This document shows positions 10,801 to 18,240 of a stretch of 64,000 bases of DNA, one piece after another. Positions within the stretch are counted from its first letter, which is position 1; the number at the start of each line of letters is the position of its first letter. The translations under genes were made by a program, and so were the position numbers. The DNA lies in NCBI RefSeq assembly GCF_015223195.1, contig NZ_JADFUA010000001.1, forward strand, positions 575,858 through 639,857. The letters run 5' to 3'. The notes below the pieces were generated by a model. The model was not told where the DNA came from and did not search any database. It was given only the letters and a program-made list of their open reading frames with translations. The stretch is from Chitinilyticum piscinae. Lineage in GTDB: Bacteria > Pseudomonadota > Gammaproteobacteria > Burkholderiales > Chitinibacteraceae.

Positions 10801-11038
10801 GGTGAAAGGTTTCCGCGGCATCTTCTCGGGCACGGGTTTGCACGAAATGCGTGACTCCGTCGTGCATGCGGTCAAGCTTGCTGGTCAGTTGCTCCGAATC
10901 GTTCTGCAGATCCAGCTGGCGGGTGATGGCCAGCCCGGTCACTACCCCGACCAGTGCGTTCAGTGCCAGCAATGCAATCAGCACGCCAAAGCTCAGGCTG
11001 ATTTTCTGCTGGAAACGGAGTCGGGACAGCAGTTTCAT
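7847..11038 (-). CDS. membrane sensor with HAMP-PAS-GGDEF-EAL domains and a C-terminal CZB (chemoreceptor zinc-binding) domain
   Basis: 1063 aa. TM helix, ~270-aa helical periplasmic sensor, second TM and HAMP (QAITAGHLDERAAVHNQDEIGELARSFNQM), then a PAS domain. GGDEF domain with RLGGDEFVAVL. EAL domain with EALLRWQHPQKGLLPP...QPKVN. C-terminal ~100 aa HRAWMAQLQGW...CKLGHW...HEQLH fit the CZB H-x3-W / C-x-L-G-x-W / H-x3-H pattern. Confidence 0.9.
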   Translation of the reverse strand: MKLLSRLRFQQKISLSFGVLIALLALNALVGVVTGLAITRQLDLQNDSEQLTSKLDRMHDGVTHFVQTRAREDAAETFHQLDQVRGAISGLQDRTRLLGKLPPVLDEYRATFQKFVIELDQKAALESQASALSARVMNDIVAIRLSESHPHTHSAVDTLSDQVSSLLWQTQAIRNQPPTAATAQIERLTLELARLQGESRVQIRQSEQQRQIYRILRDAGSYLNSFASALQYQSRNRQTEQTLQSLSEQIQSAAQQLENDTRAQIRHSILLALILAGSCFVLTIIAAMLLARQLGRGILEPVRHLLGTTQAITAGHLDERAAVHNQDEIGELARSFNQMADSLGELQASLEQRVAERTRQLSESNAALSHEIRQRQHAEAEISERERHLRTIIDLVPHFIFARNNQGQYTLANQALASAYGTTPEQLLGHRDADFNRDAELVAGIQAADQEVIQSGKAICIPDDTFIDHTGCRRDLQTSKIPYQVADATHVLGVAIDITELKQHQSQLERIAHFDILTDLPNRVLLGDRLHQAMAHAQRHAASLAVVYLDLDGFKEINDSSGHKTGDRLLARLAARMKDALRDEDTLARLGGDEFVAVLQDLHDQESSTPILKRLLAAAAEPVHVDGKLLHVSASAGVTFFPQADKVDADQLLRQADQAMYVAKQAGKNRYHLFDAEQDRMVRGHHETQERIRQGLAGNEFVLHYQPKVNMRTGQVLGAEALLRWQHPQKGLLPPAEFLPAIDNHALGIQLGEWVLDTALAQISQWRSLGLHVPVSVNIDAIQFGQSTFLDKLRATLAAHPALQSGDLELEVLETSALEDIRQLSDIMLACRDLGVGFALDDFGTGYSSLTYLKQLPAQVLKIDQSFVRDMLDDPEDLAILEGVLGLATAFQRNAIAEGVETLAHGELLLQMGCEWAQGYAIARPMPAAAIPEWLARWQPPPEWAHCAEVRRDDLPLLFAAVDHRAWMAQLQGWLRGESALPPAAASHDCKLGHWLNGDGLQRHGSKPAFLELASRHEQLHLLGQRLIALKHTGQLHLLQTAQEELDMRQQQLQHAIQTLIRP

Positions 11039-12348
11039 GGCGCGGGTTTCACGGCCCTAGTGGCGGAAAACCGGGCGGCCGCTTCATCGGCCAGCCGCCG
11101 GGTGATTTCCGGATAGGCATCAGGAAAAGCGAGAAATTCGGCAAAGGCATCCAGCCCGAGCTCGGCGACTGGTGGGGGGGTGGCAAGGTCAAAGGCAAAA
11201 TCGAAGACCGGACTGCGCTCGAGTTCTTTGCGTACCCGGCGCTGGATATCGCTGTAGGCGGAATCAGGAACCTGCAGATTCGGTGCCAGTGCGCCGGAGT
11301 AACGGCTGAAGGTGCGCTGGGCCTCGGCGCTGGCCAGATAGCGCAGCGCAGTACCGGCACCGGCCTTGTCGTGTGCCCGTTTCGGCATCACGATCCCGTC
11401 AATGGGGCCGAGTGCCACCGTCGGAATGGCCGGGTCAATTTGCGGGAAGGGAAAGAAGTCGAAATCCTTGCCGGCCTGCCACTGGTGCGTGTTGTTGCTG
11501 AAATAGGCCAGATTCCAGGTGCCCATCAGGGTCATGGCGGCTTCACCACGGAAGACCATGTCGTTGGCACCGCTGTCCCAGGCCAGCTCATTGGGATGCG
11601 GTCTGCTGTTGAAATACCCCTTGTCGATCAGGCTTTTCCAGCGCGCAAACACGGCCCTGACCTGCGGGTCGTCAAAGCGGGCCTCACCGGACATCAGCTG
11701 CTGCCGGAACGAGTAGGGCGCGGTGCGCAGCAGCAGATAATCGAACCAGAACTGTGCCGGCCACTTGTCGCGGGCACCCAGTGCAATCGGCGTGATGCCC
11801 CGCGCCTTGAGCGCGGCACATACCGCCAGAAACTCCTCCCAGGTCTTGGGGGGCTGCAGCTGCAGCTGATCGAACAGTTTTTTGTTGTAGAAGAACGCAA
11901 TGTAGTGCTGGGTTAGCGGCAGGAAGTATTTCTTGCCCCGGTATTCGCTGGCTGCCTTGATCACGGAGGGGGCGAATGCCTTGTCCCAGCCGGCTTGCTG
12001 CCACAGCTCGTCCAGCGGCTCCAGCTCATCAACAATCGAAGCCGTGCGTGCACCGGCCCAGTAGGAATACAACTCGGGCGGATTGTCGGTTTTCAGCGTG
12101 TCCTGGATGCTGGTCTTGAATGCTTCGTGGTCGAGGGAAATTGCTTTCAGCTCCAGTGCCGGATGCTGGTTATTGAAGCCCTGCGACATTTCATCGATGC
12201 CGCCACTGAGCGAATCGGTGAAGTAATGCAGAAACGTGATCGAGGATCGTGGCGGCGGTACTGCCGTGTCATCGTTGCGGGAGCAGGCCGCCAGTGCCAG
12301 CAGGATGGCGCTCAGCAGTGCGGCGAGCAGCAGGGTTCCGGCACGCAT
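11035..12348 (-). CDS. periplasmic solute-binding protein (ABC-type, family 1) with lipoprotein signal; orphan, coupled to the sensor gene
   Basis: The ORF runs to 12441, but the signal peptide MRAGTLLLAALLSAILLALAACS begins at ~12348. The ~430-aa mature protein has the family-1 SBP fold (FLAVCAALKARGITPIALGARDKWPAQFWFDYLL). Its stop overlaps the downstream sensor start as ATGA (11035-11038). Confidence 0.8.
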   Translation of the reverse strand: MRAGTLLLAALLSAILLALAACSRNDDTAVPPPRSSITFLHYFTDSLSGGIDEMSQGFNNQHPALELKAISLDHEAFKTSIQDTLKTDNPPELYSYWAGARTASIVDELEPLDELWQQAGWDKAFAPSVIKAASEYRGKKYFLPLTQHYIAFFYNKKLFDQLQLQPPKTWEEFLAVCAALKARGITPIALGARDKWPAQFWFDYLLLRTAPYSFRQQLMSGEARFDDPQVRAVFARWKSLIDKGYFNSRPHPNELAWDSGANDMVFRGEAAMTLMGTWNLAYFSNNTHQWQAGKDFDFFPFPQIDPAIPTVALGPIDGIVMPKRAHDKAGAGTALRYLASAEAQRTFSRYSGALAPNLQVPDSAYSDIQRRVRKELERSPVFDFAFDLATPPPVAELGLDAFAEFLAFPDAYPEITRRLADEAAARFSATRAVKPAP

Positions 12349-12543
12349 CTCGGGATCCATGGTGTGTGGATGAGCCTGAAGTATAGGATGCCCTGCAGGG
12401 AGCGCAGGCGGAGGGAGGAACCCCGTCGCCGTCGCAGGCATGCAGGCCTTAACGTGCCCCTTTCCGGAAAATGGCTCGCGGGGCTGGTCAAATGCGGGTC
12501 AAGCGCGCAAGCTAGCGGGCGTCATGCCCCTGACAGCACCATC

Positions 12544-13524
12544 ATGAATGCCCCCGACCCCCTGCGTTACCAAAAGCGTCTGCAGCGTGTACTGCAGCAC
12601 ATCGAAGCGCGGCTGACCGAGCCGCTGGAGCTGGCCGACCTGGCCGGGGTTGCCAATTTTTCTCCGTTTCATTTCCAGCGCATTTTTTCGGCACTGATCG
12701 GCGAAACACCGCAGGATTACATCCGCCGCCTGCGGCTGGAGCGGGCGGCCAACCAGTTGCTGGTGCACAAACGGCGCAGCGTGCTGGATATTGCGCTCTC
12801 GAACGGTTTTGAAACGCAGCATGGTTTTGCCAAGGCCTTCCGCAAGCATTTCGGCATGAACGCGACCCAGTGGCGCAGCGATCGCAGTTTCTGGCAGTGG
12901 AACGGCTATCGCTGGGAATGGCGCAAGGATCGCAATCCCGGACCCATACCGGGCAATTTCCGACACCTGTACCAGACCGACGCCGCGTACTCTGAGGACC
13001 GGATTGCCGCACTGAATGCTGCGCATCGGGGTGAGCGTCCGGAATGCATCCGGGGGGTGCGGATCGACATCTTGCCGGCCTATCACGCAGCAGTCTTCCG
13101 GCGGCTGGGTCATCAGCTGGAGCAGCCCCTGGCGCACTGGCGCGAGGTGCTGGCGTGGGCCGAGCTGCAAGGCGTGCCGCTGGAAGGCGGCACCGGGCTG
13201 TGCGTGTGTCACGACAACATCAATATCACGCCGGAGCGCATGCTGCGGCTGGATACCGGATTGGTGGTGCCGGCAGACTATGCGCCCGACGGCGTGACAA
13301 CACTGATCGACACCCTGCCTGGCCGCTATCTGGTGGTGCAGTTCGAAGGCGCGATTCATGAGGAAGTCGTGGCCAATGCCTGGCTGTGGGGGCACTGGTT
13401 CAACGACAACCCCTACGAGCCCGACGACCGGCCGACCATCTATCGCGCACCGTATCAGCCGCTGGATGTGTCGCCTGATGCCCGATACCGCTTCGACATC
13501 TGCATTCCGGTACGCCTGATCTGA
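12544..13524 (+). CDS. AraC-family transcriptional regulator with GyrI-like effector-binding domain
   Basis: Real start at MNAPDPLRY (~12544) inside the longer ORF 11995..13524. HTH_AraC signature LADLAGVANFSPFHFQRIFSALIGETPQDYIRRLRLERAANQL. C-terminal ~160 aa form a GyrI/Rob-like domain. Confidence 0.8.
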   Translation: MNAPDPLRYQKRLQRVLQHIEARLTEPLELADLAGVANFSPFHFQRIFSALIGETPQDYIRRLRLERAANQLLVHKRRSVLDIALSNGFETQHGFAKAFRKHFGMNATQWRSDRSFWQWNGYRWEWRKDRNPGPIPGNFRHLYQTDAAYSEDRIAALNAAHRGERPECIRGVRIDILPAYHAAVFRRLGHQLEQPLAHWREVLAWAELQGVPLEGGTGLCVCHDNINITPERMLRLDTGLVVPADYAPDGVTTLIDTLPGRYLVVQFEGAIHEEVVANAWLWGHWFNDNPYEPDDRPTIYRAPYQPLDVSPDARYRFDICIPVRLI

Positions 13525-13570
13525 CGCAGCAATCCGCTTGAGCCGGCAGCCGTTTAACGGAGGCAGGGGC

Positions 13571-13789
13571 ATGCTTAATGGTTTGGTATCGGGGTGGGCC
13601 GCTTGGGGCGGATTGCTGGTGTTGTCCTGCCTGCTGATCGGGTTCATTCCCGATACAACGCCACGACCTCCGGCGGGTGTCCATCCCGCTAGCGCCACAG
13701 CCAGCGGCCCTCCGGCGCCAGATCCTGCCTGCAGTGCCGTGCTGCAGTACCGCAGCGGCAAGGCAAACTGCCGTTTGTGGTCGCTTTGA
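13571..13789 (+). CDS. small hypothetical membrane/secreted protein
   Basis: ORF 13538..13789. A plausible start at MLNGLVSGWAAWGGLLVLSCLLIGF gives a hydrophobic N-terminus. Weak evidence only. Confidence 0.25.
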   Translation: MLNGLVSGWAAWGGLLVLSCLLIGFIPDTTPRPPAGVHPASATASGPPAPDPACSAVLQYRSGKANCRLWSL

Positions 13790-13884
13790 GCGCCACCCAT
13801 CGCGGTTGCCCCGCTTGCCACCGCGTGCCGGGCTGCCGATATACTGGCATCATGCTTCTTTTCCCTTAGCGCAGGTGAATCTGA

Positions 13885-14628
13885 ATGTTGCGCCATCTGC
13901 TTGCACTGTTGCTGCTATGGTCCGGTGGCTACGCGTACGCCAGTGACCTGACCATGCTGATCGGCGAAAACCCGCCGTTCAACTCCTTTCGCGAGAGCCG
14001 TCCCGAGGGATTGGCGGTGCAGATTGTCGATGTGATGCTGCAGCGCTCCGGCTTGTCGGTCAGGTATGCCGAATACCCGTGGAGCCGCGCACAGAAGCTG
14101 GCACAAACCGAGCCAGGGCATTGCGTGTATACGCTCAGCCGTTTACCCGAGCGGGAGAACGCCTACGAATGGATCGGCCCGATTGCCGTCAATCCCTGGG
14201 CGTTTTTTGCGCTGCGCGAACGCCGGATCAAGCTGAAGGGGCTGGATGATGCGCGACAGTACACGATTGCCGGGCAGCGTAACGACGGCAAGGCGATCTG
14301 GCTGGAGTCACAGGGCTTCGTACTCGATTACGCGGCCAAGGAAAGCCAGGGCTTGAAAAAGGTGGCCAGCGGCCGGCTCGATCTCTTCCCCGGCGGGCTT
14401 TACAGCCTGCCGGAGCTGGCGGTACAGGCGGAGGTCGACCCGGCCCGCTTCGAGCCGCTGCTGGTGTTTCACCGCATCGAGTATTACGTGGCCTGCAACA
14501 AGAACACCGACCCCGGCAAGCTGCGACGCTTGCGCGCGGCTCTCGCCGGCATGAAGGTGGATCAGTCCTTTGAACGCATCACCCAGCGCGCGGTGGCTTC
14601 ATTCCGCAATCCCTTGCAGCAGCGCTGA
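13885..14628 (+). CDS. periplasmic substrate-binding protein, family 3 (PBPb-like), orphan
   Basis: 247 aa. Signal peptide MLRHLLALLLLWSGGYAYAS. Fold pattern of amino-acid-type SBPs (IGENPPFNS...YEWIGPI...RLDLFPGGLYSL). No adjacent permease or ATPase. Confidence 0.75.
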   Translation: MLRHLLALLLLWSGGYAYASDLTMLIGENPPFNSFRESRPEGLAVQIVDVMLQRSGLSVRYAEYPWSRAQKLAQTEPGHCVYTLSRLPERENAYEWIGPIAVNPWAFFALRERRIKLKGLDDARQYTIAGQRNDGKAIWLESQGFVLDYAAKESQGLKKVASGRLDLFPGGLYSLPELAVQAEVDPARFEPLLVFHRIEYYVACNKNTDPGKLRRLRAALAGMKVDQSFERITQRAVASFRNPLQQR

Positions 14629-14640
14629 CGTCGGGTTTTG

Positions 14641-15183
14641 CTAGCGCAGAGGCCCCAGCAGCACATTGTTCGCGTGCCGTGTCTGGCCCAGCAGAAAATC
14701 CGCGGTGCCTACCTGCTGATAGCCATGGGTCTGATAGAAGCGGATTGCCTTGCTGTTGCGGGAATTGACCGTTAGCCACTAGCGGCTGCCTGCGGTCTGT
14801 CGTGCGTGATGTTCTGCTGCATTCAGTAGTGCACTTCCCAAACCCTGGCCGTGACAATGTTCCTGCACATACAGCGTTTCCAGCTCGGAGCGCGCAGCGT
14901 CGTCGTCCGGGCAGGGCTGGCCGAAGGCGACGGCGGCGAAACCGAGCAGATTGCCGCCCCGCTCAGCGACGAGGACGCTCTTGTCGGGATCAGTGAGCAG
15001 TGCCGTGTAGCGGGTCAGCGTGAAAGCGTCGAGTACGTGATCGGCGATCGTCACCGAGATGCCTGCATCGGCATAGGTGTGCAGCCAGACTTGGGCTGCG
15101 AGCACGGCTAGTTGGGGTGCATCACCGGCCCGGCCCTTCCTGATCAGGGCTTGCTGAGCGGCGGGTTGATCAGCCGTTGCCAT
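14641..15183 (-). pseudogene. GNAT N-acetyltransferase interrupted by an in-frame TAG (amber) codon at 14779-14781
   Basis: The N-terminal 134 aa (ORF 14779..15183) end ...ARQTAGSR*. The same frame continues after the TAG as WLTVNSRNSKAIRFYQTHGYQQVGTADFLLGQTRHANNVLLGPLR*. This is the canonical GNAT C-terminal L.V...N..A..FY...GF motif, so the stop interrupts an otherwise intact ~180-aa gene. Confidence 0.6.
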
Positions 15184-15556
15184 ACACCTGCCACAGCACC
15201 AGCGCCCACATCAGCGCCAGATTGCTCAGGCACACCAGCTGTGCGGCACTGCCGAGATCCTTGGCGCGTTTGGCCAGCTCGTGGCGCTCCAGCGAGGTGT
15301 GGTCGACCGCCGCTTCGATGGCGGAGTTGAGCAGCTCGACGATCACACTGGCGACATGGCTGCCAATCAGCACGGCCCGGCCCCAGCCCGGCAGCGGCAG
15401 CAGCAGGGCGGCAGCGATGCCGGCAATGGCCAGCAGCGAGACCTGGCGGAATGCCGCTTCATTGACCCAGCCGGCCTTCAGACCGTCCAGTGAATAGCCA
15501 AGCGCATTCATAACCCGACGTATGCCGGTCTTGCCTTTGAAGGGACTTTCTTTCAC
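15170..15556 (-). CDS. dgkA: diacylglycerol kinase
   Basis: 128 aa. Prokaryotic DAGK family pattern: GIRRVMNALGYSLDGLKAGWVNEAAFRQ, SHVASVIVELLNSAIEAAVD. Three TM helices. Confidence 0.85.
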   Translation of the reverse strand: MKESPFKGKTGIRRVMNALGYSLDGLKAGWVNEAAFRQVSLLAIAGIAAALLLPLPGWGRAVLIGSHVASVIVELLNSAIEAAVDHTSLERHELAKRAKDLGSAAQLVCLSNLALMWALVLWQVYGNG

Positions 15557-16344
15557 GCCAATACTCCATGGGGTTTATGCGGAAACACACGGGCAAAGAT
15601 TGCGGTATTGCACAGCAGCAGCAAGGGGGTGACCAGAATCACGCCGAATAGCCACAGCATGCTGGCCAGCAGCAGTACGACAAACTGGCACAGCACCAGC
15701 AGCACCAGTGCCGGCAGGTTGCACCACAGGGCACTGAAACCCAGCCGGATGCTTTCCACTGCCCGCAGTTGCTGGCAAGCCATCAGCGGGGCGGCAAAGG
15801 TACAGCAGACCAGCCAGTTCACAATCATCAGGGCAAAGCTCGCCAGCACAAAGGGCATGAAGGCGGCCAGCTGTTTGAGCGCCTGTTCGCTTTGTTCGGG
15901 GCTCGTTGCCAGCGGTGCCGTGCCGAATTCGGCAAACATCCGGTTCAGTTGTTCCAGTTGCACGTCGCTGACCAGCACGGCCAGCAGCAGCTGGGACAGT
16001 AGCAGGGTAAACAGGGTGGTCAGCAGGCCGAGTCGCAGAAAGCGGCCCTGGAATACCAGGCTGAACAGCTGGGCGATCTGTGGCTTCTGCCCGCTTTCCT
16101 GCTGCCGCAGTCCCATCAGCACATACGCGGCCAGCACACCCGGCGCCAGCGCATAGGCCGCCAGCCCGATCACCGGAATGATCGACAGGCTCAGCAGCAC
16201 CATGACGATCAGCGAGCAGCCCAGCCAGGCCAGCGGTGCGCCGCGGTAAAGCGCAAAGGCGTCGCGCAGCCAGACGAAGCCGCTGAGCGCGGGGACCCGG
16301 CGCGGTTCAATCAGGTTGTCGATGATGAGATCCTGGTCGTGCAT
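15553..16344 (-). CDS. polytopic integral membrane protein (hypothetical)
   Basis: Several strongly hydrophobic helices. Probable start at MHDQDLIIDN (~16344) within ORF 15553..16389. Its stop overlaps the dgkA start. Confidence 0.55.
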   Translation of the reverse strand: MHDQDLIIDNLIEPRRVPALSGFVWLRDAFALYRGAPLAWLGCSLIVMVLLSLSIIPVIGLAAYALAPGVLAAYVLMGLRQQESGQKPQIAQLFSLVFQGRFLRLGLLTTLFTLLLSQLLLAVLVSDVQLEQLNRMFAEFGTAPLATSPEQSEQALKQLAAFMPFVLASFALMIVNWLVCCTFAAPLMACQQLRAVESIRLGFSALWCNLPALVLLVLCQFVVLLLASMLWLFGVILVTPLLLLCNTAIFARVFPHKPHGVLA

Positions 16345-16493
16345 GATTGGCAGTCGCAAACGTGGGCAAGGCCGCCATCGTAGCAGCACTGACGGACGGC
16401 GGGTGCATTCTGCGGGGCTTGTATGAAGGCGGGATGAAGCGGTATCGTAAAAAGCACTGTGAACTTTTCATGCCCGTGACGCTCTGTTTCCCC

Positions 16494-16898
16494 ATGCTGC
16501 GCCGCTACCTGCTCCTTCTGCTGATCGCCCTGCTGCCCCTGCAGGCGCTGGCGGCTGCGCGCATGATGCACTGCACCCCGCCTGCGGCGGCTGGCGCGGC
16601 TGAAAGCGCGGCCGCAGGGCCGCATGCCCATGCTGCAGGGACCGCTGCGCACGAGCATGGCGCTGCCGCTGCGCCGGAATCCGATTTCGCCGCCGGCACC
16701 ACGCAGGATGCCCCGGCCTTCAAGGGTCGGCTGGCCGGCTGCAGCGATTGCGGCCATTGTGCCGTGTGCTACCCCGCCTTGCCTCCGGCGCTGCCGCATG
16801 CCCCGCCTGCGGCGGATTCCGCCTATCTGCCCGCGCCGGTCGCGCTCGCGCCCGACGCCGAATATCAGCCTCTTTTGCGCCCTCCGCGCGCCGCCTGA
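16494..16898 (+). CDS. small secreted Cys/His-rich protein (putative metal-binding)
   Basis: Start at MLRRYLLLLLIALLPLQALAAA (signal peptide) inside ORF 16347..16898. Mature part is Ala/Pro/His-rich (HAHAAGTAAHEHG) with a CSDCGHCAVC cysteine cluster. Sits immediately upstream of the copper cluster. Confidence 0.5.
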   Translation: MLRRYLLLLLIALLPLQALAAARMMHCTPPAAAGAAESAAAGPHAHAAGTAAHEHGAAAAPESDFAAGTTQDAPAFKGRLAGCSDCGHCAVCYPALPPALPHAPPAADSAYLPAPVALAPDAEYQPLLRPPRAA

Positions 16899-17082
16899 TC
16901 CCTGCCTGAAGCCGTCACCTGCCCGCTGCCGCTGAGCCGCGCGGCCGGTGCCGAGCTGCGGAGCAAGCCGTGACCATCCGGTTGCGGCGTGCATTTCTCG
17001 CCCGTTTTTCCGCCGCTGGCGGAGAACAGGGGCGCAGCCGGCAGGCTTGGTCCCGCCTGCTCGCCCCGCTGGAGATCAGAAC

Positions 17083-18240
17083 ATGACAAGAAAAATACCG
17101 TTATACGGTGGCATGGCTGCGGCCATGTTGCTGCTGGCCGGCCTGGCGCCGGCTGCCGCCCCGCCTTCAGAGCCGGTTCCCGCGCTCTGGCTGGGGCAGG
17201 CGCCGCTGCGCGCCACCGAGCTGGCATCGATGCCGCTGGATGCCGATCGCGTGGCGCGGATTGCCATCCTGAATGCCCCCGCGCTGCGGCCGGCGCTGCG
17301 CGAACATGGCATCAGCCCGGCACAGCTGGCCGTTTTACCGCTGTGGCAGCAGACAGCCGCGGTCGACATTGGCCGTGATGTACTGGGGCTGGCGCAGGCC
17401 CCGCAGGGACGCACGGCGCTGGCGCAAGCCGTGCTGGATAGCGTGCGCGAGGCGCGGCTGGCCTGGTTACAGCTGGCGCTGGCCAGCCAGACGCTGCAAG
17501 TGTGCGAACAGCAGGCGCGCGCGGCCGATGCCGCGCTGACCCTGATGGAGGCGCAGGTACAGGCCGGCAACGCGGCCGAGGAAAAGCGCCTGCCGCTCAG
17601 ACAGGCGGCACGCGCCGCCGCTCGCGAACGTCTGCACTGTGCCGCCGCGCTGGCCAAGGCGCAGCGTCGGCTGGCCAGTGTGCTCGATTTGCCGGATGCC
17701 ACGACTCTGCGCACCGCCCCCTTGCCCGCACTGCCGGCCAGCCTGCCGCAGGCCGAGCTGCCGCAATGGCTGGCAGCCAGCCCGACAGGCCGGCAACTGC
17801 AGCAGCAGCAGGCCATCGAGGCGGCGGCACTGCTGCCGCGTGCGGCCAGCCGCAGCCTCCGTCTGCCGCTGACTGGCGCACTGGATCCCGAAGGCATGCC
17901 GGCCGTGTCGGCCGCCCAACTGGAGCTGGGCCTGCAGCAAGCCGGGCTGCGTGCGCAGCTGGCGGACGACTGGGCGGCGCTTGAGCTGACCTTTCAGGAG
18001 TATCGCTCGCTAAGCGAGCAGTTACCTGATGCCCAGAGCTATACCCGGGTAATGCTCACCCATTACAACGGCATGCTCGGCAGTGTGTACGAGCTGATCG
18101 ACGCCCGCGCCGCCGAATTCGCCCTGCAGCGCGAGTTGCTGGAAAAACAGGCCGCCTTCTGGGAACACGCCTTCACGCTGGAAGCGCGCCTGGGCGCGCC
18201 GGTCATCATCAACAAGGAGGTGCGTCATGCAGCGCCGTGA
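17083..18240 (+). CDS. TolC-like outer-membrane efflux protein (short, ~385 aa)
   Basis: Start at MTRKIPLYGGMAAAMLLLAGLAPAAA (signal peptide) within ORF 16948..18240. Ala/Leu/Gln-rich helical coiled-coil composition typical of OEP/TolC family proteins. Shorter than the usual 450-500 aa. Its stop overlaps the multicopper oxidase start by 14 nt. Confidence 0.6.
   Translation: MTRKIPLYGGMAAAMLLLAGLAPAAAPPSEPVPALWLGQAPLRATELASMPLDADRVARIAILNAPALRPALREHGISPAQLAVLPLWQQTAAVDIGRDVLGLAQAPQGRTALAQAVLDSVREARLAWLQLALASQTLQVCEQQARAADAALTLMEAQVQAGNAAEEKRLPLRQAARAAARERLHCAAALAKAQRRLASVLDLPDATTLRTAPLPALPASLPQAELPQWLAASPTGRQLQQQQAIEAAALLPRAASRSLRLPLTGALDPEGMPAVSAAQLELGLQQAGLRAQLADDWAALELTFQEYRSLSEQLPDAQSYTRVMLTHYNGMLGSVYELIDARAAEFALQRELLEKQAAFWEHAFTLEARLGAPVIINKEVRHAAP

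Noticed and set aside
11035-12441. N-terminal 31 codons of the SBP ORF (MPATATGFLPPPALPAGHPILQAHPHTMDPE)
   Set aside because: The lipoprotein signal peptide starts at the internal MRAGTLLLAALL. The upstream extension is Pro-rich and non-hydrophobic, so it is probably not translated.
12499-13896. 465-aa ORF antisense to the AraC/GyrI regulator gene
   Set aside because: It lies entirely within, and opposite to, a gene with clear HTH_AraC motifs. It has no motif of its own. A long antisense ORF is expected by chance at ~65% GC.
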